Positions 38,260 through 48,168 of a stretch of 64,000 bases of DNA are shown piece after piece. The notes beneath the pieces are model-generated. The model was not told the origin of the DNA. It searched no databases and was given only the letters and a program-made list of their open reading frames with translations. Both the position numbers and the translations under genes were made by a program. Source of the stretch: Laetmonice hystrix (taxonomy: Eukaryota); NCBI GenBank assembly GCA_965235115.1, contig OZ249436.1:20152001-20216000 (forward strand). The letters run 5' to 3'. Each line of letters begins with the position of its first letter. Positions within the stretch are counted from its first letter, which is position 1.

Positions 38260-41200
38260 CTGTAGCAAATAATAGACAAATAAGACTACAATGTTGTATT
38301 GGATAGGGCTAGGTTATAAATACTAATACAACATACATTTAAATTGTAGCTGCTCACAACTTGGCCTAGGCCTACTAATATTTTTTACATTCCTACCGCC
38401 TGCCGGTAAGCCAGTGGCAAATGGCTCGGCCTTATGCCATGGCAAATATTATATACCGGTATTCTATATAAATAGTAAATAAAGATGATACTTCCTTAGA
38501 AGGTACCGTACATGAATGGCAAGAAAATGCCTTTAAAATGCTAGGTCAATTTGGACAAGAGGTGACGAACAATTAATAATTAAGAGATAAGGGCCTTTCG
38601 GCTACCGAGGGCCATACCTTTTATTTCCTTTGGCTGGGGGCATGTCTTCTCGCAGAATTTCTTTTATTGTTTGTCTGTTGAGGCATGCATCGATATGTTG
38701 GTTAAAGTCATCCAATGAGAGGCCTTGCTTTCCTACGTTACACACTGGGCAGCACAATAAAATGTCCTCGCTATGCTGGCTAACGAAAGTCTCCTCTCTC
38801 TTTTCCTCCTTAGTTTGAGTGGCTTTCACGGATTTTGGATCCCCGCCAGACTCCCAGCTGTCACCCACTTTTGAAGACCTTGATGCTGCAGTGCCTTCAG
38901 TGGGTACATCGTCCGGCGATGGTCGGCTGGTGATACTGAGACACTGGTCTACATGTGCAGAAATCTGTTGTAGGTCTCGCAACCCTTGTGTTTGGTTACG
39001 GACAGGACACACATGATCAGGTAGTGATTCCTCATCCTTGACCTTAGATTCACATCCTTGGCTGACCTTTGCTGACACATTTGTTTTGTATAGATTGTCA
39101 TTTTTATGGGGGTCGCCATGTGGGTTTTCCATATTTGTAAACCAGCTGTTTGATTTGGTTGCATCACTAGAAGGGCCTGCCATGGTTTGATATCCAAGTT
39201 TCATGGGTGCCTGGATTTCTTTATTTTGGAATGGCAAATCAGTTTCGTTTTTACTAGCTAAACGTTTGGAATTGTTGTAGACCAATTTTTCCTTATTTTC
39301 GGTGTCTGGATTTACTTTTCCTACTCCTTTAATTTCAAATTTATAAAGAGAATTTGATGGTTGAAATGCATTGTCCTGTTTAAAATGCTCCATAACTGGC
39401 ACTGATTTAAAACTGTCATCAGTCAATAGCAAACATTCATCAATGTGTTCATTAAAACTCTCCAGAGTAGGTAAATTCATGCTTTTACTGCAAATGGGGC
39501 ATACATACGTAGTACCACGGTGCATGACACACCCAGATCTCAGGGTTAAGGTTCCATCATGTGTTTGATTGCCCAACTTTCCATGGCCCACATGTTCTTC
39601 AATAAAATGTGACCTTTCTGTTGTGCTATCTTTCAAAGTTTGAAGCGGCTGTTCTAATGCCAGTACTTTTCCTCCACTCCCTTCAATATTTGTAATAACA
39701 ACATCTTCTGATCTGTTGGCGTCATCTGCTGATGTAAATTCAGATTTACTTGGTCCTTGTTGCTTGCTGGGTTTTGTTTGCATACGTTGTAGTAAACTTG
39801 TAATTGTACTCTGGCGCTGCTCCACACCAGCATTCAGGTTTGACATTCTGACACCTAAAAGGAAATTTGGAATTGATCACGAGTTTTAAGGAATCTGGAT
39901 GAGCTAGTAAAGTCAAAAGCTGGAAATAGTATAGAGTCACAAAGGATATATGGCATCATATATTTCAAAGTATGGTCCAATAGGTGCTTGACTCACATGT
40001 TGATGTGAAACATTCAATCTTAAACTAGAAAAGGATGGGATGCCTGAAAAAACGAATCCACTCATCAGTTTTTGATTAAAAGGCTGTTCAGAATATGTCA
40101 CTAACCCATGAGCCTAAGCCGTAGAGGTTCTGGCTTACAGAGTTGTATTTCTGTTCTCAAGAGGTCGCTGGCAGCAGTATAGATCTGGTTGGCATCATTC
40201 GTAGGGTTCAGAAGAGTTTGTGCCCGTGTCTTGAGTTCAAACTTCACAGTTTTCAATTTTATTCCAACAGTTTTGCCCTGGAATTGTAAATGAAGAAAAG
40301 AATATATTTTGATTAAATGTTAGTACAGATCCACATGAAATATTCATTTTAGTAATTACATAGATTTACTTCATGGTCCTCTTGACACAAAACTCCAATA
40401 ATACCACATTCATAATAGGCTGCCATATTTATTGAAATCAGAGTCACGTCACATCGTAAAAGATCTCTAAAAGTAAAAGATCAGATATAATACAGACCAC
40501 CAATTGTTCCTCCTTTAAGTCTTCTGCAAGAGCTTTACTCAGTTCCTCACATTTGCTGTACAGTTCTGAAGGCTTGTTCAGCTCTGCAAACGTTCTGAAA
40601 CAGAATCCATGTAGCTACATAATCCACATCCCTGTATGCTCTTGGAGTTATCTTTGATCTGAATATTTTATCCTGTTTAGGCGTGGAGGATCAGTAGAAG
40701 TTTTCACGACCATGTTTTGGGGACGAAACATATGAAAAATCTTAAAGTTACCCTTGGCTTTAGAATAAAAAAAGTTTCATTAAGGAAACATAATCTTGTT
40801 GCACTGATTCTCTATTTTGATTCCCTCCTTTGCCCCCAAAAGGTTTGACACTGTCATGTGTGATGACCCCCTTTACAACAATATTTAACAAATAGTAGTT
40901 TACCTTTCTGTGCTCATACTTTTTCTCTCTTCATCTCTGTAAATGATAGTTCATTAAATGGTTATGAACAATGGTAGCTTCTGCAAATTCAATAATTTAT
41001 TGCACCATGGCAGTGAGGGATGGGTTTTGGTCGCGTTTCCTTCACGCATTGGGGCTAAAACTCAGCGTATCAGACATTACACCAAAAGGCTATAGCTAGA
41101 ACACTGACATTACAGTCGCAGATATGGGTGTCCGCCATGAATACAGATATTTAAATTTGACATACTCGTCTTGTAAAATAGTAACAATTTTCAAAGCCAA

Positions 41201-44200
41201 CTTGAATTACTCAGATTTGTATTGATGCAAAGGTTATTATTCAATGTTTGTATCCCAAACCTTTCAACTGTAGTTGAACCAATTCCAATTGAAACTTGTA
41301 GGAAGTGCTTGAATGAGATACTGGAGTAGAGGTGATGAAGTATGCCACGTTTTCTGTACAGATCTCTGCAAGTCTTCACGCCGATTCCACACAACATTGC
41401 CTCAGAGACTTTCCCTATACCACTGACCTACAACATGACAGTGGAAAAAGTGTTATATACTCAAGAATCAATAACTGTGAGCCTGCGTAATCTGAATTCA
41501 GCTGTGAAAAAGGTTGACATCATAAGTTAACACATCTATTTAATAACTCATGTACCCGTACTCTTCAAATGTAAAAATCTTTATGAAGAGTTAAATCTTC
41601 AAGAAATTAACAGGTCAAACTGGCCTGGGTTGAAAAACGTTCAAAGACTCATCTGGTCTCCCACATAACACCTCTTGACGTTCACACTTGCACTATTTTA
41701 AAGGTGCACAATTTGTCGACTGACTTTGCACTTTTCTTATGAAGATGTCTTAAATAAATATTCCTATCCTGAAAATAGCAAGTGAATTTACATCCCTATA
41801 TATTTGGTTCTCAATGTTGATATGCAGGGCATATTCAGCATAATGGATTGGGTTTGGAAGATTTTTGTTCTTTCCCATTTAAAGTTCTGGATGGTCTCTT
41901 AACTTGATTAGGTACAGATATTCATGTAGTACCGGTACATGGTATGCCAACCTTTCTTATCTGAAGATTCTCCACAAACTCCATCACAGCATCTACAGTT
42001 GAAGGGATTCGATACTGTCCATTTGGCTTGTTGCGATCTGAGCAAACCTTTGCTAACATTGTATTTGGGGCAATACCTGTAGGCGAAAATATAAAATATT
42101 GAAATCTTTTGTCATAATGATGCTACTGCACCTGTAGATTAAATAGCATAAACCTGATGATCCTCTTATATCTGAGCCTATCGGTATATGTCATTCTCTC
42201 AAAAAGATGAAGGCAAGCACCTGTTTAGGAATACTAAGGTCTGCATCACATGTCACAGTTCACATTAACGTATTGTGCACTACTAAGGGCAGTCTGCCTC
42301 AGCATAGTGCATACATAACAATAACTGTGTAACTGTGTATGTCCAAACGTTACGGACAGTGCTGAAGTACCATTCAAGAGCGTTACGGGGGTGGGGGGTA
42401 TCAGATTTGGCCCGAAATAGCGTTGCGTAATTTTTGAACGGCCCGTAAGGGTACCTGACCTGCACTAGCAGTAAGTTTTGTTTTCCAGTAGATCCTTTGT
42501 CTCATCTCATGTACAGCATCTTCAACAGAACGACCAAAAGTTTCATTGATTCCACAACTTTCATCAAGTATTCGCCCACAGGTTTTGCAGCAAGGAGCTG
42601 TTGAAGAGTTTTCAATGCAGGTGGATGCAGTTTCAGATGGATTAGCCCTAACTTCCACTGAGCTACGATATTGACTGAAATCTTTTTGTCCTATATCTCC
42701 ACCGACTGACTCCTGTAAACTTGGCGTGTTCGAATGAAGAGTCTTTGACGTTGTTTGTTGACAGTTACAGAGGTCTTCTGGGGAAGCCATTCTGAGGAAT
42801 GTCCTATCTGCGTCACTGGATGTCTCTCTCTTCTGAAGATGCTTGGTGAAGTCAAGGTAAGCCTCATCTAGACTCATGGGACAGAAGTTGGGATCATATT
42901 CATTCATGATAGCCCTGATCTCTTTACTGACGGCAGTGTACTTGTCAAAATGTGTCGGGACAATGACTAAATTGGGGCAGAGTTTCTTCCCAATAAACCC
43001 TGGCATGGCAGCTCTGACTCCATATCGTCTAGCCAGATAATTGGATGTTGACTACAACAACAACAAAAAACAATTAATTAATATTCGGTAGATCCTGTAC
43101 AAACCATTATGTGGAATTATTATTCATGTAAACTTTTGTCAGACAGTTATAAATGGAGAACGGATACATTAGCGTTGTAAATGGAGAATGGATACATTAG
43201 CTTTGGAAACATAAAAAACATGACAATTGTAACTTCAATGTTCAAGTACGGTGTACATTTCTTAAGCTTCAGGGACTTGTTGATTTAAGTCCTACACTTA
43301 CAAGCATAGAAGTCCCACCCACTGCCATGGGGACATTGCGTAGCCGAGGATTGTCTCTCATTTCAACTGCTGCATAAAAGGCATCCATGTCCACATGAAC
43401 AATCACACGGCTCAAATCTCTGCTGCTCTCCAACCGGGCCAATCTCAAATCTGCCTACAAGTAAAAGTGAAAACTTACTCACCCATTGCTTTATTTTAAA
43501 TACTGTTTTATTGATTTTTATAATAATGTTTGACGTGTAAGGAAAATCTCACTACTTTTATCATAAGTCTTTCTTTTATTTAAATTGGATAATTCATTTC
43601 ATACTAAGGGCTCATTATTCTTAACAATGGTAATACTATATCATTATGGATCAATCCATTTCATTTGACAAGTTACACCTCATACTCTCAAAACCTGCCA
43701 TACCTCCACTGTACCAGTATCAATCTCCTGGGGAGTTAGTGACTGAAGTCTCCTCTGCTGATCCTCCAATCTTGCTTTCAACTGCTGCTCCTTTTTCTGT
43801 TCATTTTCATAATACCTTGACCCTGGGTAATAGATAATACATGATAGAAATTAAAACACAATACTTTATACAATGTAGTGATTTAGTAGCCATAGAGATT
43901 CTTGCGATGATATAATCCTCTTAAAGAAAAAAGAATAAGTAGATATTAGTAGAAAATGGGACAGGTAGTTCATTCTTACCTTTCGATGCTTCAAAGATAA
44001 TTTTATTGATACGGTCTCGATCAAGGCCTTCCATTCCAGCTTTGTTATCATTAAGTTGCATCCTTGAAAGAAGAGGTTCCTTATCCTTCTTTGACCCATT
44101 ATCTTCCAATGTTGCTCTCTGAATTCCTGATTGGAGTACCATTGAAGTTTTACTGGTTAGATGACCACACACTTGGACGCTGGATCCTATGTCCCTTTTC

Positions 44201-46807
44201 TCATTACCTTAAATGACAAAGAGAGAGAGACTAGAGGCTGGTCTGTCTGTCTGTCTGTCTGTCAAGAAGCTGTTGCAGTATTCCAGATTTGAGTGAAGGT
44301 TCAACCTCCCATAAAATATTTACATTAAATTTAAAGACCTGCTCAATTATATACTCTGGGCAAACATAATCTGGTGAATGAGAAATGAAATTGGTTGTAT
44401 GTTTGAGCCTAGGCCTGGGGTCCGTCTATTGGTAGGATTCCAGTACTGGCAGTACTAGTAGTCTGAGTAGGCTTGGATACACTCATTTTAAGGGCAGATC
44501 CAAGGAGTCAGACAGGATCGAAGTCCACTATGTTCAGGGATATTTTTATCAAATCTACAAGGTGGGACATTTGAGATTTTGGACCTTTTTAAAAAAATTC
44601 GGACCTTTTTCTATGGGGGTGGTTTAGACCTCCAGATATTTCACAAAAGATTCAAAATTGTGGACCTTTCTTTCCGACATATGCCTCCCAAATTCTGGAC
44701 TTTTTGTTTTGGGGTTGTCAAAATTCAAGGGGGGGGGGGGGGCAATGCCCCCTCATCTGCAGCCCTGATAAAAATATCCCTGATGTTCCATAAATTAAAT
44801 ATAGAACATAGTATTACTATTATTTATTTGGATATTTTTTCATCCTCAAAAAATAATAAATATGTCTTAATTTAAGTATGATAGTAATTAAATCTCTCTG
44901 TACAAAGGAAGTGGCAGGGTTTGATGAGATACCAACTAAATTTATAAAAACGCTGAGTAAACACATAGTGAAACCAATGACAATAATTGCCAATCAATGT
45001 ATACAACAGCAAAAATTTCCAGACAATATGAAAAGGGCTAATATTATACCATTGTACAAAAAAAAGGATAAATTAAATAAAGACAATTATAGATCTGTAA
45101 ATCTTCTGGTGACCTTATCAAAGGTAATGGAAAAACTAATGCACATCCAAATTGCTGAATATATACAACCAAGTCTACATAACTATCTCTCAGGCTTCCG
45201 CAAAGGCCACGGTTGTCAAGACATACTGTTAAGAATGATAGAAGACTGGCGTAAAGCGATGGACAATGACAAAATAGTTGGGGTAGTGGCAATAGATCTG
45301 TCAAAAGCATTCGACTGCATGTCTCATGGATTACTTCTATCTAAACTTCATGCTTATGGTTTTACATCAGAAGCCTGCACACTGCTTAAGTCATACCTAG
45401 TGGACAGACTACAACGAGTTAAAATAGGTGATACGTACTCAGAATGGGTAACGAATATCAAGGGTGTGCCACAAGGTTCAATACTCGGTCCTTTACTATT
45501 TAACATTTTCATAAATGACTATCTTTACTATGACATAAACTCAAAAATCTGTAACTATGCAGATGACAATACAATCACAAATATTGGCTCTAATGTAAAT
45601 GAAGTTAAAGAAAACTTGAAAAATGATTGCATCAAAGCGATAGAATGGTTTCAGGCAAATCATATGAAAGCTAATGCGGAGAAATTTCAATTGATGTTTC
45701 TGAAGAAAAATGATACAGTTAACAAAGAAAGCCTGATGCTGAATAACACCTCCATAACTGCAACCGAATCAATAAATGTACTAGGTATAGAGATTGATAA
45801 TAAATTGAAGTTCAATATTCACATAGACTACCTATGTAGCCAAACAAGTAAACAAATACATGCACTAAAAAGAATAAAACACTACCTAGATAAACAATCC
45901 AAGACCACTATCTACAACAGCTATATCAGCAGTAACTTTAACTACTGCCCAATAGTATGGATGTTTACATGTAAAACTAACTTAGAAAAACTCGAAAGCA
46001 CAAACAAAAGGGCTTTGAGATTTATTGAAAATAATGACCAGTCATCTTACGAACAGCTATGTAAAAATACAAAGAGATTAACTATAAAGCAGAGGTGCAT
46101 TAAAGCGGCGGCTATCCAAATGTACAAGATAAAGAACAAGACAGCACCACAATACTCCCAAGAAATGGTTGTAATAAAAGAGCAGTCATACAATCTAAGA
46201 GACAATGATATCTTTAATATACCTAGCTTTCACTCGATAAACTACGGTAAAAAGAGCTTTAGCTACTATGGTGCCAAGCTATGGTCCCACATTCCAGGGG
46301 AAATCAAAAGTAGAGACACGCTCAGGTGCTTTAAATCTGCTATAACACAGTGGTTACTTGATGGTGGGGACATGTTAAATATTACCTTTGCTTAGATTAA
46401 TACAGTGACAGTGAACAAAACAGGTTGAGCTTGAATAATGGAATACCTGACTAAGTAAGGTGTGGAAAATACCTGACAAGGAACAGTAGAGGCTAGATGA
46501 AGACCAATAGATTTTAGATTACAATGTCTAAGACCATCCAAACCATCCATCCCAACATACTTTGTTCCTATATAGTTTACATTGTAATTAAGGGTTTATG
46601 TCAATGTTATAACTGATACGGGACTGTTGTTTGTTTATTTGTTTGTTTGTTTGTTTGTTTGTCTGTTTGTTTCAAAAACTGTCTAATAATGCAGTAGTAA
46701 GTCTCTAATAATTTAGTCGTGCAGAAGCCTAGTGCTTAGATTCATATGCTACATTTGTAACTGTGTACACATGTGACTCTTGGATTTAATACGACTATAA
46801 ATAAAAT

Positions 46808-46839
<32 letters not shown>

Positions 46840-47343
46840 CATACATACATACATACATACATACATACTGGGCTTTCAGTTTGTTTTTGAGTAGACGTAG
46901 TCGTACGTAAGAGCTATGGCTAGTATAGCCAGGCTAGCACAGTAGCAGTGCCAGTAGGCAGTAGCACTACTACCAGGCACCATCACTTTTTTTGTCATCC
47001 TCAAAACAAAAGTCAAATGCAATCAACATCTCGAATGCCATGTAGAGCACATGGCCTTGCGATTTTGGCATGAAAAACTGCCATTAGGCCTACTTTAGTT
47101 TATGTCAAATTATGTTTCGGAAAAGGAACTAGGATAGATCTCACCTGCTAGTCCGACGGCCGGGTCACACTCCCTGTCCCAAGCCCCAGGGCCAGGCCCA
47201 GGCCCAGGGCCAGGCCCAGGCCCAGGGGCAGGGCCAGGCCCAGGGGCAGGGCCAGGCCCCAAGTGAAATGGCTGCGACCAGTTCTCATCCTCCTCATCGT
47301 CATTATCACCCATGATGGCAGCGTCCTCGACTTCCAGACTCAT
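38142..47343 (-). CDS. POLK: DNA polymerase kappa (Y-family, DinB homolog), about 1079 aa
   Basis: Exons 47145-47343, 43980-44207, 43704-43822, 43302-43454, 42460-43051, 41952-42076, 41261-41427, 40904-40936, 40498-40594, 40106-40277, 38618-39854, 38142-38259 (3240 nt, phases consistent). Motifs: N-clasp [111 protein letters not shown]4 fingers, C-terminal KKKK and PIP-like RTIDAFL. Confidence 0.95.
38618..39854 (-). CDS. POLK: POLK exon 11 (UBZ-containing C-terminal region)
   Basis: Long open frame with three C-x2-C...H-x3-C type units (the middle one degenerate). Confidence 0.9.
40106..40277 (-). CDS. POLK: POLK exon 10
   Basis: [19 protein letters not shown]...LRLRLMG (little finger/PAD). 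Confidence 0.93.
40498..40594 (-). CDS. POLK: POLK exon 9
   Basis: [32 protein letters not shown]; donor could alternatively lie 3 nt earlier. Confidence 0.85.
40904..40936 (-). CDS. POLK: POLK exon 8 (33-nt micro-exon)
   Basis: [11 protein letters not shown]; cag/gtaaac borders. Confidence 0.9.
41261..41427 (-). CDS. POLK: POLK exon 7
   Basis: [23 protein letters not shown] (HhH/thumb). Confidence 0.93.
41952..42076 (-). CDS. POLK: POLK exon 6
   Basis: [24 protein letters not shown]...IRK. Confidence 0.93.
42335..42445. mobile_element. Harbinger-like MITE end fragment just inside POLK intron 5
   Basis: Minus-strand terminus GGGCCGTTCAAAAATTACGCAACGC; similar sequence TTCAAAAATTGCGTAACGCC at about 9737. 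Confidence 0.45.
42460..43051 (-). CDS. POLK: POLK exon 5
   Basis: [26 protein letters not shown]...SLDEAYLD...KTKLTASAG. Confidence 0.93.
43302..43454 (-). CDS. POLK: POLK exon 4
   Basis: [36 protein letters not shown]. Confidence 0.95.
43704..43822 (-). CDS. POLK: POLK exon 3
   Basis: [20 protein letters not shown]... Confidence 0.9.
43980..44207 (-). CDS. POLK: POLK exon 2
   Basis: [28 protein letters not shown]; aag acceptor, gtaag donor. Confidence 0.88.
44535..44782. mobile_element. hAT-like MITE with 5-bp TSD
   Basis: ATGTT|CAGGGATATTTTTATCA ... TGATAAAAATATCCCTG|ATGTT (perfect 17-bp TIR); internal GGACCTTT repeats. Confidence 0.85.
44878..46395 (+). CDS. LINE ORF2 remnant: reverse transcriptase domain and C-terminal region (505 codons, uninterrupted)
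   Basis: Motifs [71 protein letters not shown]. Confidence 0.93.
   Translation: MIVIKSLCTKEVAGFDEIPTKFIKTLSKHIVKPMTIIANQCIQQQKFPDNMKRANIIPLYKKKDKLNKDNYRSVNLLVTLSKVMEKLMHIQIAEYIQPSLHNYLSGFRKGHGCQDILLRMIEDWRKAMDNDKIVGVVAIDLSKAFDCMSHGLLLSKLHAYGFTSEACTLLKSYLVDRLQRVKIGDTYSEWVTNIKGVPQGSILGPLLFNIFINDYLYYDINSKICNYADDNTITNIGSNVNEVKENLKNDCIKAIEWFQANHMKANAEKFQLMFLKKNDTVNKESLMLNNTSITATESINVLGIEIDNKLKFNIHIDYLCSQTSKQIHALKRIKHYLDKQSKTTIYNSYISSNFNYCPIVWMFTCKTNLEKLESTNKRALRFIENNDQSSYEQLCKNTKRLTIKQRCIKAAAIQMYKIKNKTAPQYSQEMVVIKEQSYNLRDNDIFNIPSFHSINYGKKSFSYYGAKLWSHIPGEIKSRDTLRCFKSAITQWLLDGGDMLNITFA
46810..46868. repeat. (TACA)n microsatellite forming the LINE tail
   Basis: About 14-15 perfect tetranucleotide copies. 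Confidence 0.95.
47145..47343 (-). CDS. POLK: POLK putative coding exon 1 (acidic + Gly-Pro repeat N-terminus)
   Basis: ATG at 47343; donor G|gtgag in phase with exon 2; no recognisable conserved motif, so supported by phase and position only. Confidence 0.7.
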
Positions 47344-47549
47344 AATTAGTCTTCAAACAAAAACAATCACACTCTCACGTTTCGCAGTGTTGATCACATT
47401 TGCTCCATTACACAATTTACAGTGACAGTTGCCAAGTTGGAGCTAGTCCATCAACGGACCCACCAACGGCAAAGCCTGGGTAGCCACTCTGCGCACAGCG
47501 AGTGGACTGTTTCCGGTCTAAGTTGGAGCCACATTGCCCGCTGTGAGTA

Positions 47550-47605
47550 CGACCGTCACGTGACTTTCGGTGATCACATGACCGAAGCGTATCATGTGAC
47601 CGATC
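47550..47605. promoter_or_regulatory. CLEAR/E-box/M-box cluster in the POLK / glycoside-hydrolase bidirectional promoter
   Basis: GTCACGTGAC at 47555-47564, ATCACATGAC at 47573-47582 and ATCATGTGAC at 47591-47600, starts spaced exactly 18 bp apart, between divergent ATGs at 47343 and 48099. Confidence 0.7.
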
Positions 47606-48098
47606 CCGCTGTGTTGTGTTTTGTACGGAGAGTCGGAGCTGGAAGGTGGCAGATGATGGTGCCAGTTCAACTCAACTGTTGTGATGTCGCCATTTCTCAG
47701 ATTAGGGCCGAGTAGCCAGAGATGAAAGCGCAAAGGAACAGTAGGATAAATGTTGAGAATGTAAACGGCCGGATCGATGAGCAGTCACCCAGCTTCATCC
47801 TGACGTTTTGACTTGGCCCGTGGCGTGAAGCCGACTGCCGTGGCCGCGTAGGCCGTAGCCGTAGACTGTTGGTTTGCTCATAGACCTAGAGTACTCTACG
47901 TCTATGGTTTGCTGAAGTGAAAGTGAAAGTCCCGCTGTGGTCTTGTCGGTTGAGTGGACAGTCTATTGTTTCAGCGTGAGGCTGTATATTGTGATTTTAG
48001 ATTGTGGGCACTATAGAGAACGCCTCATCTCCTTGGTATTCTGCCCTGTTGTATACGCCACAGTCAAGACGGAGGTCTCGAATTAAGCATCGTCAGTC

Positions 48099-48168
48099 AT
48101 GGAAGGAATGGCTCGAAGGAAGCTGACTTGTCTGTGTCTGCTTGTGGTTTCGTTATGCTGTGTATCAG
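48099..48168 (+). CDS. GH-like gene exon 1 (signal peptide)
   Basis: MEGMARRKLTCLCLLVVSLCCVS; G|gtattg. Confidence 0.8.

Larger units (their letters stand above)
44878..46868 (+). mobile_element. 5'-truncated non-LTR retrotransposon (CR1/L2-group LINE) in POLK intron 1, antisense to POLK
   Basis: RT ORF 44878-46395, then a 3'UTR containing (TTTG)n, AATAAA at 46799-46804 and a (TACA)n tail at about 46810-46868; no endonuclease domain present. Confidence 0.92.

Noticed and set aside
44878..46395. Stand-alone or domesticated reverse transcriptase gene (retron/DGR-like) paired with a DNA polymerase
   Set aside because: The motifs, 3'UTR, AATAAA and microsatellite tail are those of an ordinary 5'-truncated LINE; its position inside POLK is an intronic insertion.
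44836..47003. Similar strings TTTTTT(GT)CATCCTCAAAA on both sides of the LINE as a possible TSD
   Set aside because: They are not adjacent to the element ends (the right copy is about 120 bp past the tail) and they match imperfectly.
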